Source: Schmidtea polychroa
Lineage: Eukaryota
Reading direction: 5' to 3'
DNA: 64,000 nt
NCBI GenBank assembly: GCA_044892525.1
Contig: CM097885.1
Span: 36,334,001 to 36,398,000 of the forward strand
Shown here: positions 39,071-51,684 of the stretch, piece by piece
Layout of the letters: each line of letters opens with the position of its first letter
Position numbering within the stretch: the first letter of the stretch is position 1
Notes under the pieces: model-generated
Databases searched by the model: none
Told to the model about the DNA's origin: nothing
The model's input: only the letters and a program-made list of their open reading frames with translations
Program-made: the position numbers and the translations under genes

Positions 39071-40603
39071 AACGTTACTTTTGAAAAAATATATATTATT
39101 TAAACAAATTTCACCACAATGCTCAAGTTTTAGAGAATAATGTGAAAATTCAGAAATATTTTGAAATTAATTTAATTTTAAAAATTGATTTAAAATGTTA
39201 GGGAAAAATTTACGGATTATGTTTAAATGCTTAAACATAATTAAACATGAAACTGTTCAATCAAATAGTCAACACTAATGCTATAAATTTAAACTTCCCC
39301 TGTTAGACTTTCATGTCACGAATTTTCTTCCAAACTCGAGAGTGGTAAGTCATTCATTCAATTATGTGTTCCGATATGAGCAATGATGCAAACCTCAGCT
39401 TTTAATATTAAATTTACTATTTTACACTAAATATTTCAATTTCGAAAACATATATCATAATATTAATCATTTTACAATTTTCAATCAAAGTAAATTAAAT
39501 GTAACATTCAAATACAATTAAAATTAAATCATCAATTTAATACTTTAATTTAAAAATATAAATTTTATAAGTAAATGTAAATAAGAAATTGATTTATTAA
39601 CAGTTATAGACTTTTTAAACTTATTGATGGAATTAGGTAATAGAAAGTAAATATTTTTTTAAAAAGTCCTTTAATATTGTAATAATAGCTATTTATTATT
39701 AAATTTACTATTTTACACTAAATATTTCGATTTCGAAAACAATCATCATAATATTAAATATGATACTCTTCAGCCAAAATAAGTTAAGACTCAAATATCT
39801 TATCAAAAGTCTTATAAAATACAATCAAAATTAAATACTTCACTAAATTTTAAGTAAAGTTTTTTAAATTCTCAAATAAATGTTAAAAATATATTAATTT
39901 ATTAATCATTATAGACTTTTTAAACTTATCATTGAAATTAAACAATAGAATGATATTCAAAATATATACAAGTTAAAAATACAATTAAAATTAAATTACA
40001 TACTTTAAAAATTTGGAAAAATGTTGGTAAAATACCATTCACAGCTTGTTATGTAAAAAAATAGTTGCGGCCTGTTATGTAATAAAATAGTTTAAAATAT
40101 CCTTCCTCGCTTATAGCCCCCAATTTCCCACTATTTAATCACTTATATCCCCCCTGATTCTCTATTTTCCACTAATTATTATCACTAATATCCCCCCCCC
40201 GATTCTCTATTAATTAAATTCCGCCGATTTTGATTAATTATTCCCCACAAATATTTGTTTTAAAAGTTTTTTTTATTAAATTTATGAATTTTATGAAATA
40301 ATTTTAAATAAATTCAATTAATATATTTCCATTCTTATCAACTTTCATCTTATCTATGCCCATTCAATGATCCATTAATGAATTATTCTACCAATTATTT
40401 TCACCCATTTGAATTTATCATCGAGTAATGAATAATTTCCTCACTTTAATGAAAATTCTTACCACCTTCATTGTTAATTTTATCAAAGTTTAAAGAATAT
40501 TTCTCTTTACATTTTACATTGCTTACAACTTTAGAATTTTTATCAAAATTTATGATAATTTGACTAATTCAATGAAAAATTTGAATGAGTTAATTAATAT
40601 ATA

Positions 40604-43600
40604 CTCTGAGTTTATCCGACAAAATATTCTGTCCCCCTATGGGTATTGCTCACAAGGGTACTACTCACATTCAACATGTCGCAAGGGTACTTTTAATGCT
40701 TTTATTTGAATGATTATTTAGGCAAATTTGTTTAAGGCATTCATTGATAATTTTTAGAGTTGATGGTTTTAGTAAATATTCAAGTAAATTTCTATCATTT
40801 TTGTGAACTTCTATCATTTTTATGAATTTTTATCATTTTTGTGAATTTCTTTGATTTTTGTAAATTTCTATTATTTTTGTGGATTTCTAACATTTTTGTG
40901 GATTTCTAACATTTTTGTGAATTTTATCGTTTTTTGTGGATTTCCATCATTTTCATGAATTTCCATAATTTTTTGTGAATATCAGTAATTTTTGTGGATA
41001 TCTATCATTTTCATGAATTTTTATCATTTTTGTGAATTTCTTTGATTTTTGTAAATTTCTATTATTTTTGTGGATTTCTAACATTTTTGCAAATTTCATG
41101 TTTATTGAAAGAATATTTAAAAATTTAAAGTTAGTTCTAAGATAAATTTAATTAATTTCTTGATAATTGGATGTATTTTTATTGATTGGTTTTTTAATTT
41201 TAAATAAAAATTTATTTTTAATGAGGTTAATAATTAGAGTTTGTACAATAATCATGTGATAGGATAACTTTTTATGAGGATATTGAACAATTTTCTAAGA
41301 ATTTCATGTTGACTGATTAAAAATTTTAATGGTGATAAATTTAATTGATAAATTTAATTAATTTTTTGATAATTAGTTGTATTTTATTGAATAGTTTTTA
41401 AATAAAAATTAATTTCATTGACAATTAGGTTAATAATTAAGTGATTTTTGATGATAACTTTGTAATATATTTGACTAAATAATGTTTTCAATAATTTTCT
41501 AAGAATATTTACTCATTGATGAACTTTAAAAAACATAAGCTAAGAAACCAGTTAACTTTATCAATGACTTTAAATTTACTTGATAATTATTGTAGGATAT
41601 ACAGAAATTTAGTTTGCTGTTATTGCTTGAAAATGATTGGTTGAATAGCTGAAGAATTATGATCAAACAATATATATCATCTCCAGTTAGGTATTTGATG
41701 GTAAATATTTGTAGGAAATAATGAGTTTATTATATCTTTGTTACATAAGTCGACTTTAGCGTCAAAATGTGTTTTTAAAATATATTTAAATTTTAAAATA
41801 CCGCAACGTAATATATTTTTTCCCTGCCCTTCCATGATTTTGATTGGTTACTGGGCTCTTATTATTTAGCTTCTAAATTATTTCAATGGAAGAATGCCTG
41901 GTGTCTTTAACAGTTTATGAAAAGTCATATTTTTGAAGTTCTCTAAGGACATTAAGAGGATTGATATATATTAAAGGGCTCAAGTGGGTGGAATCTTTAG
42001 GGAAATTAAGGGATATAATCGGATAGATGTTTAAAAGGGTATAAATATTTGCTGAGAGATCGGATAAGATGGGATATTGTCGGTTAGATTTAATGAGAAA
42101 TCGGTTACGATGGGAAAATATGATCTTTTGAGGGGATATTGTTGGTTAAATTTAATGAGGGATGGGTAAGATGGGAAAATATGATCTTTTAAGGATGATG
42201 TTGGTAAAATATCAATGTTTTAAGGGAAATGTCAATTAGTCAGTTATGAATCAATAATAATGTGAAATTATATCTTTTTATTAGGTTGTGATTAATGCAC
42301 AGTAAATTAATTTAGAACAATGTTTTATTAAGTAGGGATAATGATCGATTTACTTGGTTTTGACAATGAAAACTTTACAGATAATTGGGATTGATATCAA
42401 CTTTAAATTATTTTTATCTTTATTTAGACGGACAACGACAAAAGTTGACCATTTGAAGAAATATATTTTATTGAATGGATAAATTTAATCTTTCAATGGG
42501 ACCTAGTCAGTTATATTGTAGTAATATTTATTTAAAATATCGAGTACAGTGATTAACAAAAATTTAATTATAACCAGTTTTATCATTAGATTTCATAAAT
42601 TATTTAGCGTTAATGACCAATTTATTTTACATGTTTTAAAGGGAAATATTCGTGATAATAGGAATTAAAGTTAGAATTATAGTCATTTAAAGGGATTTTA
42701 AGCAATCTTATTAGTCTGAGTGGAATATATGATCTTTTAAGGGTACTTATCATTAAAATATCAATCTTTAAGGATAGAGTTATTTCAATGAAATTTGATG
42801 CTTTTTAGATGATATTTGTAATAATACGAATTAAGGGTTGAAATATAGTCATTTAAGGGATTTTAAGGAATCTTGTTAGTTTGAGGTGAATATATGATCT
42901 TTAACAAGTACTTATCGTTCAGATACTAATCTTAAAAGATATAGATATTTCAGGGGAATTTGATGCTTTTTAGATTATTTTATTAGAGAATTCACTTGGA
43001 TATACCAATTATTGTTATTTAAATGAATTTACTGGTTTGTTAGTTTTCTAGTCTCTTTTGGAATTTAATGATAATTATTTTTATTGTAGATTGCTGACTT
43101 TGATAATTGTAATGAATTCATACTGATTTTTTGAATATATTGAGAAATCAGTTAATCAATTTGAGTACATGTATTAAAAAAAATAATTAAAATTAATTTT
43201 ATTTCAATTAATTTATTCAATCTAAATCAATTATCTACTAGATTTTATTTCAAATTTTATTAATTTATTATCTTAGTTGATTCAACTTGAATGATCAGTA
43301 TTTTTTTTTAATTTACTGGATGATTAATGATTAGAATTTTTTCTTGTCCATTAATTAAATTTTTATGATATTTATTTTGAATAATTTAAATTTTTACAAT
43401 AATTTAATTAATTTTTACCTAGTTATTGATGCCTTGAGTTCAATTAATTTTCCATCTACTTTTTCAAGTGATGAGTATTTTCTTTTAAAGATCAATTTGT
43501 TAGTACATAGTTGTTGGTTGTAGGTAGTTGGTTGTTAGTACTTGGTATTTGGTAGTTGGTATCTGATTGACTTTTTAGATTTTGATAAGATATTGTATGT

Positions 43601-44118
43601 GATGAAGATTATTTTGTATTTAATTGCTATTATTTTTATGTGTTGTTAGTTGATTGTTGGTACTTGGTATCTGGTTGATAGTATTTTGCTGATAGTCTTC
43701 GTATCTTGTTGTAAGTACTTAACTGATAGCGTTTGGTATATTGTTGTAAGTACTTGGTATCTAGTTGAAAATACGTGTTTATAGTTACTGGTAAATGATA
43801 TTTAGTTGTTGGTATCTTGTACTTGGTAGTTGGTGCGATGTTGTTAGTATCTAGTTGTAGGTTGATATTTGTTAATTTCTCGATGGGTTTTGATGTTGGT
43901 TGTAAGTACTTGGTATCTAGTTGTTAGCTGGTTGTTAGTACTTAGTAGCTAGTTAATGGGTAGGTGGGGGGATTGAGAGTTAGCAATACCCTTACGACCA
44001 GTACCCTTACGACTAATACCCTTACGACTAGTACCTTTAGGACTAGTACCTTTACGACCAGTACCCTTATGACCAGTACCCTTAGGGGGTCAAAACATCC
44101 TGTCGGATAAACTCAGAG
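40604..44118. mobile_element. Unclassified 3.5-kb non-coding TIR element inserted at TA(TATA)
   Basis: Perfect 18-bp TIR CTCTGAGTTTATCCGACA at both ends, extending imperfectly to ~42 bp, with TATATA flanks. About seven 15-bp subterminal repeats (AGTACCCTTACGACC) at ~43985-44085 and inverted copies near the left end. No ORF of 60 aa or more. Confidence 0.8.
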
Positions 44119-44559
44119 TATATATAATAAAACTGATCAACAATAAGTATTTATTGAATGTGATTTTTACTTTGCAATAATAAGTCAGTGGTTATCAATT
44201 AAAAGAAGAATGTTTTGTAAATTAGAATTCATTAGTCTTTCATTGTAATTTAAATTATTTTGAATTCCACGTGGTGATGAGTTGACAATTATTCATTTTT
44301 TGATGAAAATCAACATTTTTGTTAAATTTGAAAAGGTTTTTCTACTGATTGTAATTAAATATATTTTTGAAGATAGATAAAAAATTAATTTTAAAAAATA
44401 CATTTCATAAAATACAATAAAGAATATTTAGTAGTTAGTTGTAATTATCTGGTTGTTTGAGAGTTAGTTAGTACGTGGTATCATGTTGTAAGTATTTGGT
44501 ACTTATTTGTTAGAACCTAGTTAAAAATAATCAGTAACCGATTGTTGAGAACTGTTGAA

Positions 44560-44598
44560 TTATTATTATTATTATTTTTATTAATATTATTATTATTA

Positions 44599-44677
<79 letters not shown>
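44560..44677. repeat. (TTA)n microsatellite
   Basis: Direct reading. Confidence 0.9.
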
Positions 44678-45079
44678 ATTTTCATTTGACTTTGAAAAAT
44701 ATTTCATTGAAATTAACTTAAAAATTATTTCATTAAAATTTGTATTTAAAATTATCTTAAAAAAATTTCATAAAAATTAACTTAAAAAATTAGATTAAAA
44801 AAAAATTATTCCATAAAAATTATCATTAAAAATTACATTTCTCAAAAAAGTTGGTGGTTATTCAATCTTTTGATAATAAATTTAAAAATCTTACTTTAAT
44901 TTACTTATTTAGCTTTAATTTAAAATTTGGACCATTGATTACTTAATTTTAAATTTTGAACCTTAATTTTCCTTATTTTATCCTTAATTTACCTAATTAT
45001 TCTTTATTTCTTAAGTTTACACCATAATTTACTTAACAACTAAATATAATCCTTATTTTCATATTTAACCAATAATTTC

Positions 45080-46135
45080 ATGTGGTCATCTGGTTGTAAG
45101 TGTTTGGTATCTAGTTGTTAGTATCTAGTTGTAGGTATCTGGTTGTTGTTGGTTGTGAGTACTTGGTAGGTGGTAGCTAGTTGGTTGTATGTTGTGAGTA
45201 GTTGGTATCAGGTAACTGGTTGTTAGTAACTAGTTGTAGGTATCTGGTTGTAAATACATGTTGGTACTAAGTTGTTGGTTAATAATGCTTAGTACCTGGT
45301 TGATGTTGGTTGTTAGTACTTGGTAGGTGGTAGCTAGTTGTTAGCTGGTTGTAGATAGTTAATAGGTAGGTAGTTGTAGGTACTTGGTATCTAGTTGTTA
45401 GTATCTAGTTGTAGCTAGTTAATGGGTAGGTGGTTGTAGGTACTTAGTAGTTGGTAATTAATGCTTAGTACCTGGTTGTTGTTGGTTGTTAGTACTTGGT
45501 AGATAATGCTTAGTATCTGGTTGATGTTGGTTGTAAGTACATAGTTGGTTGTAGGTACTTAGTAGCAGGTAACTGGTTGTTGGTATCTAGTTGTAGGTAT
45601 CTGGTTGATGGTGGTTGTAAGTAGTTGGTAGGTGGTTGTAGGTACTTAGTAGTTGGTAACTGGTTGTTGGTATCTAGTTGTAGGTATCTGGTTGATGTTG
45701 GTTGTAAGTACTTGGTATCTAGTTGACAGGGCTTAGTACTTGGTTGTTGTCGGTTGTTAGTACTTGGTATCTAGTACCTAGTTAGCTGGTTGTAGCTAGT
45801 TAATGGGTAGATGGTTGTAGGTACTTAGTAGTTGGTAATTAATGCTTAGTACCTGGTGGATGTTGGTTATATGTACTTGGTAGGTGGTAGCTAGTTGTTT
45901 GGTGGTTGTTGTGGGTTGTAAGTACTTGGTAGGTTGTAGCTAGTTGTTAGTTGTTTTTTTAGTTGTTAGTACTTGGTAGGTGGTTGTAAGTACTTGGTTG
46001 ATAATACTTAGTAGCTGGTTGTTGTCGGTTGTGAGTAGTTGGTATCAGGTTGTTAGTAACTAGTTGTAGGCATCTGGTTGTATATACATGTTCGTAAGTT
46101 ACTGGTTGTTGGTACTAAGTTGTTGGTTTGTTGTT
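45080..46135. repeat. G/T-biased degenerate simple-repeat block (GGTATCTAGTTG / GTACTTGGTA / GTTGGTTG words)
   Basis: Direct reading. The same vocabulary occurs at ~43500-43965 and ~44430-44520. Confidence 0.85.
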
Positions 46136-46479
46136 GAATTATTATTAAAATTTGTCTTTGAAAAATATTTCATAATAATTTTCATTAAAAATTATCTTAA
46201 AAATTTCCATCTAAAATTATCATTGAAAAATATTTCATAAAAATTTCCATTAAAAATTAACTTAAAAATTATTTCATAAAAATTACCACTGAAAAATATT
46301 TCATTAAAATTTCTATTAAAAATTACTTAAAAAATTATTTCATAAAAATTTTCATTAAAAAATTTCAATTCTCAAACACCTTCTATTATTTCAACTTTTT
46401 GTTAATAAATTTAAAAATCTTACTTTAATTTACTTATTTAAAAATTATTACTATAATTTACTTATTTAAAATAATTGAC

Positions 46480-47110
46480 CATTGATTACTTAATTTTAAA
46501 ATTTGGATCATAATTTACTTTAATTTAATTTTTTAGAACCATTATTTACTTTAATTGAAAAATTTGGACCATAATTTACTTTAATTTAATTTTTGAGAAC
46601 CATTATTAACTTTAATTGAAAATTTTTTACCATAATTTACTGTAATTGAAAAATTTGGACCATAATTTACTGTAATTTAATTTTTTAGAACCATTATTTA
46701 CTTTAATTGAAAAATTTGGACCATAATTTACTGTAATTGAAAAATTTACCATGTTTTTTAGTGTAGACCACCTTTTTTGTATTGAAAATATCCTGAGACC
46801 TTAAATTACCATGCTTTTTTAGTGATGATCGTATCTTTGTATTGAAAATATCCTGAGACCTTAAATTACCATGCTTTTTAATTGAAGACCACCTTTGTCT
46901 ATTGAAAATCCCAGGACCATCGAGACCCACCTTAATTTACTTTGAATATTCTATGCTTTTTTAATGATAATCGGATTTTTGTATTGAAAATCCCAGGACC
47001 ATCGAGACCCCCTCACTATAGTCTGAATAATCCTTAGCTTTTTTATTGAAGACCACCTTTTTGTATTGAAAAAAATATTTGTATTGAAAATCCCTGGACC
47101 AAGGAGACCC
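46480..47110. repeat. Tandem arrays of ~30-bp (ACCATAATTTACTTTAATT...) and ~60-bp (TTGTATTGAAAATATCCTGAGACC...) units
   Basis: Direct reading. The 60-bp unit produces the repeated peptide in ORF 46703-46930. Confidence 0.8.
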
Positions 47111-47219
47111 CTATCACTATAGGAAAGCAAAAAATGTGAGTTGCAGCAATTGCGTAATCAAAAGTTACAGCAGAACCCCCCCGGGTCATTGCTGCAGTAA
47201 GCCACTAAATGCCTACTTA

Positions 47220-48391
47220 AATTATTCTTCAAAAAATTTGCCCAGGGATCTGGTGTATTTCTAAGTCAAACCTATTTCCGACTAGAAAATACTTACGGAG
47301 ACGGACCAGGGGAGAAGCCTCCTCGTTATGGCCCGATCAATCCGTGTGAAGCTGAAAAGCCAGCTGACCTACTCGCAATAGGAACCACCAGTGTCCTTTA
47401 AGCAGTGGCCTACTGGATCTCAGCTTCACTGTAACTATTTTTCATAAATAATATGCCTAACTATTGAATCCAATAAAAATTATTATTCAAAACTTAAAAA
47501 TTAAATGAAAATTAAACAATTAAACAACTAAACTAAATTGAATATAAAATTTATTTAACTTAATACATTACATAAAATTTCATATTAAAATAAAATTACC
47601 CAGTCCAATCCACGATGGCATAAATCGAAAATTGAGAGCATATGTTCACTACCTGACAAACGATTTGTGGTGTAAATTTGAAAACTAGTTTAACAAGTTG
47701 AACAACTGAAATTCAATCCGTATTTATACTGATTGAATTGTAAGCTTACGCATTCTCTGCTACTATATCCAATTTAAATGCGAGGCAATTCTGATTAATT
47801 TTTGCATGCATGCGTGAATGTGTGCAATTGTTTATTTTTTAATTTAATTAATCAAAATTCTATTTTTTTATTAATTTTTAAGATTTATTTTTATAATTCT
47901 ATAATTTAAATAGTTTTTGCTAATTTTAATTTAGTTTTACAAAATTTTATAATTTATATAAGTTTAGTTAACTTTATTTTAGTTTCATTGATTTAAACAA
48001 TCTGGTTTTATAAATTTCATAATTCATCTAATTTTTCTACTTTTATTCTACCTTTTATCATTTTATCAGTTTAATAGATATTTTATTTTAAATTTTAAAT
48101 TTATTTATTTAACAATTTTTCATATTATTAATTAATTTATTATCCATTATTTTATTATTATTTTATTTTTTTGTTGTTAGCTATTCCGAATGCGATATTT
48201 CTCCTAACTGTGTTAGTGATCGCGACCTTTTTTTGCGTTCCTTTATTTTATTACCCGGTCTTATTTATCATCAATGTGTTATGTACTTTAATTTGTATTG
48301 ATTAGTGTTCTAATTTAACTTGGTGCGATTTTTTTGTTATATATTTTTGATTCGTTAAAACAAGCTCTCAATTCTCAGTTCCAGCCCAACA
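47220..48391 (-). repeat. Diverged relative of the large LTR (solo or truncated; left boundary uncertain)
   Basis: Collinear blocks shared with 17084-18745: TTCTTCAAA...CAGGGATCTG, CCACG.TGGCATAAA.CGAAA.TGAGAG, GTATTTATACTGATT, TGAATGTGTG.AATT, and the terminus CTCTCA.TTCTC...CAGCCCAACA. Confidence 0.75.
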
Positions 48392-48496
48392 GTTGGTTCA
48401 GCCCTAGTCCCACACTTTTCTTTAGACTAATATAAATAACAGAAAATAATGGGCTCTTGAAACTTTCAAAGGCTTATTTAACTATCTATTTGTCTA

Positions 48497-50761
48497 AGTT
48501 ACAACAATTGGTTCCATCTATAGATTTTATTAATATTAACACAGAGTGATCACTCTTAAATAGTAATGTATATTGCGTAATAACTAACACATTGTATTGA
48601 ATTACGCAATATACTCTGAACTTCTTCACATTTGGTCCTTGGCCTCTAATGTAATATCATTACTCTCCCCTTCATAAGATTGATGCCATCTCTTTAACCA
48701 TTCGATTCGTCGGTGCCGCGTCGTATCTGGATATTGCAATTCAACTTGATGATCTGAAACAAATCTAAGAATTTTATATGGACCATCAAATTGAATATCA
48801 TTTTTGTTTCTTCTATGTGGTTCTCGTCTTACTAGTACCTCCTCCCCCACTTCAAAATGTCGTTTAATTCTTTTGTCTTTTTCGAATGTTTTCATCTTCC
48901 ACGCAGCTTGCTTGTTATTCTTTTGTGCTTCTTCCGAAATATCGTGTACCTGATGTTTGAGTCTAGAATTAGCGTGTAACGTTATTTTCCGTCCATATAC
49001 TATCTCAAATGGTGAATATTTTGTAGAACTTTGATAAGTTGCATTTATACTGAATTCAATTCGAGGCAGAAGTTCGTGCCATTGTTTTTCAGAACAGCCC
49101 CCTTTCATCGTAGTCACAAGTAAATCTCTCATTGTTCTGATAGCTCTTTCCACTAAGCCATTCGACTGATGTTGATATGGCGAGGCGAATTCTTGCTTTA
49201 TTCCAAGTTGTTCTAATTTTTCCTTAAAATATTTGCTTTCAAAATTTCGCCCTCTGTCTGTCAATATACTTTGAGGTTTACCATATTTGTAAATCCAATT
49301 GTTCATTAGCGTCTTCAAAATAGTTTTTTCATCTTGGTTTGCTGTAGCCGTTAGACTTACTAATTTGCTAAACCTATCAATAATTACGATAACATACTTT
49401 TTGCCGGTTGAAGTTCTCTCCATGAAAGCAACATCCATCACAATCTGTTCTAGAAATTCAGAACTTTCGTGTGGAATTAAAATTTCCTTTGTCCTCCCTT
49501 GGTATATTTTCCTTCTTGCACATGTGACACATCGTTTTACTATCTCTTTGACAGTTTCTTGCATTTTCGGCCAGAAAAAAATCCCTTCCAAATAATGAAA
49601 CAGTTTCTTAATTCCAACGTGACATAAATCTTCATGTATTTTAATCACTAGTTTAGATTGATATCTTTTTGGGATTATCACTAGATCTATTTTGTCTGAT
49701 TCCAATACAAGCATATCATCCGATATCTTTAATCGATCTTTATATCTGAATAAAAAACTATTTAGAAACGATTCCTTCCGAAAATCTATCTGATTCTTAA
49801 GAATTTCCATCACTTCCTGGAACAATTTATCTTTCTTCTGTTCTTCCATAATTTCTAACATTGTCTGTGTTTTTTGTATCAAATTGATATATCTTACTCT
49901 TGACCTTTCTTGTTTATGTTGTACATGTGCTGTCTGACACTGTGCACATAAACTACCCTCGATCCTTGATAATCCATCTGCGTTTGCATGTTCTTCGCCT
50001 TTCCGGTATTTCAATTGGAAATCGTATTCCGATAGATTAGCCATCCATGTCTGAAATTGTGGACTTATTGCTTTTTTATTCGTGTTCATAAATACTAAAG
50101 CTTTGTGATCTGTTCGAGCCACGAATTCTTTCCCGTATAAATACTGTCTAAAATATAAAACATATTCATGCAATGCCAACAACTCTTTCCTTGTTACGCA
50201 GTATCCCTTTTCATGGGCCGTCAGACTTCTTGAACCGTATGCGATAACTACTTCTGAACCGTCTTCTTTTATTTGACTCAAGACTGCTCCAATAGCTTCA
50301 AAACTGGCATCAGTATCCAACATAAATTTACGGTCTATACGAGGAAAATCAAGAATAGGTGCTTGTGTTAAGACTTCTTTAAGTTGTTTAAAACTGTTTT
50401 CACAATTTTCTGACCATTCGATTGTTTTATTACAACTTGACGCTGCTGCATGTAGGGGTGCTGCTATTTTGGCATAATCTTTGACAAATCGTCTATAGTA
50501 ATTTGTCAAACCTAGAAAAGATCGAGCGTCTCTTGCAGACTTTTTCCCTTCTCCTCGAGTCGTCATTGTGTGAACATTTTCGGCGTGGTCGCCAGTTACA
50601 ACAATTGGTTCCATCTAAAGATTTTATTAATATTAACACAGAGTGATCACTCTTAAATAGTAATGTATAATGCGTAATAACTAACACATTGTATTGAATT
50701 ACGCAATATACTCTGAACTTCTTCACATTTGGTCCTTGGCCTCTAATGTAATATCATTACT
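48497..50761 (-). mobile_element. 2265-bp internally deleted Ty3/gypsy LTR element (LTRs 48497-48664 and 50594-50761)
   Basis: 168-bp direct repeats with AGT..ACT termini, 5-bp TSD GTCTA, PBS TGGCGACCACGCCG (tRNA-Arg type, overlapping the LTR end by 1 nt) and PPT GAAGGGGAG next to the 3' LTR. Confidence 0.93.
48626..50614 (-). CDS. Truncated Pol: RT connection + RNase H + integrase (662 aa, open)
   Basis: RSFLGLTNYYRRFV; RNase H LDTDAS / KELLAL / RTDHKAL / NADGLSR; integrase H..H..CVTC, VMDV / LTDRG / NGLVER (D,D,E) and a GPY motif. Confidence 0.92.
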   Translation of the reverse strand: MEPIVVTGDHAENVHTMTTRGEGKKSARDARSFLGLTNYYRRFVKDYAKIAAPLHAAASSCNKTIEWSENCENSFKQLKEVLTQAPILDFPRIDRKFMLDTDASFEAIGAVLSQIKEDGSEVVIAYGSRSLTAHEKGYCVTRKELLALHEYVLYFRQYLYGKEFVARTDHKALVFMNTNKKAISPQFQTWMANLSEYDFQLKYRKGEEHANADGLSRIEGSLCAQCQTAHVQHKQERSRVRYINLIQKTQTMLEIMEEQKKDKLFQEVMEILKNQIDFRKESFLNSFLFRYKDRLKISDDMLVLESDKIDLVIIPKRYQSKLVIKIHEDLCHVGIKKLFHYLEGIFFWPKMQETVKEIVKRCVTCARRKIYQGRTKEILIPHESSEFLEQIVMDVAFMERTSTGKKYVIVIIDRFSKLVSLTATANQDEKTILKTLMNNWIYKYGKPQSILTDRGRNFESKYFKEKLEQLGIKQEFASPYQHQSNGLVERAIRTMRDLLVTTMKGGCSEKQWHELLPRIEFSINATYQSSTKYSPFEIVYGRKITLHANSRLKHQVHDISEEAQKNNKQAAWKMKTFEKDKRIKRHFEVGEEVLVRREPHRRNKNDIQFDGPYKILRFVSDHQVELQYPDTTRHRRIEWLKRWHQSYEGESNDITLEAKDQM

Positions 50762-51652
50762 GTCTAATTTAATGTATTCTACTTTCAACTTGAAAGTAGT
50801 ATAAATTAAATTGATAATAAAATAAGCCTTTGCAACAAATTTTTAGTGAAAATTTTCGATTATAAAATAATCTTTTATTGTTTAATATTATAAACAACAT
50901 AATTATATTTCTATTTCTGTTTAATAAATAATTCTTTCATTATATAGGGGGCTAGGGGCCGCATAAAGCTTCCTAGCTGTCAGTGTAAAAAGCCTACGGT
51001 AAATTATTATTTATATAAAACATCTACAACAAATTGTTATTAAATAAATAAAACTAGAAAAAACTTTATATTCATTTCGAATGGAAACTGAATAATATCA
51101 ATAAAGAATATTCGCACCAATAAAATAATTCAAATAATATACAAATATAATAAGGAATCTTAATAAAATCTATTTAGAAGAATTTGTTGACGATAACGAT
51201 GGCGAATTCGGATCTTTAAATATGAGTCTGTAATTATTTTTATTGTTTTTATCAAGTCTTTCTAAAAGATTAATATCAACTTCTGGTAGAGGAGAATCAC
51301 ATTTGTCTGTTAGCAATGACTTGGAATCCGACTTTATATCATCAGGAAATAAGCGATCACTAGAATTTTCGATGCCGTCCTAGAAGAAAATGAATTAACA
51401 AAATCCGCTTTGAGAACAATATAATTAACCGTGGCAAATCGGAAAAAAAATCATAAAAATTAAATTTAATTCTGTAGGGGTTACGCTGATGAGTGCAAAT
51501 AAAATTTAAATACATAGATTCAAGTGCAAAGCCATTAAAATTCAAAATTTAATTAAAAATTCCAAAGTTAAATTTATGTGCAAAACTAATTAAAACATTA
51601 GAAAACCAATATTTGTATGGGGAAAGGGTATGGGTGGATAGCAAACGAAAAG

Positions 51653-51684
<32 letters not shown>

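Noticed and set aside
45080..46135. Telomeric repeat or G-quadruplex array
   Set aside because: No regular TTAGGG/TTAGG unit and mostly GG rather than GGG runs; a degenerate simple repeat.
19774..50614. Idea that the Gag-only element and the RNase H-integrase mini element form a bipartite complementing pair
   Set aside because: Their LTRs, termini (TG..CA vs AGT..ACT), TSD lengths (4 vs 5) and primer tRNAs (Pro vs Arg) differ, and neither supplies protease or RT.
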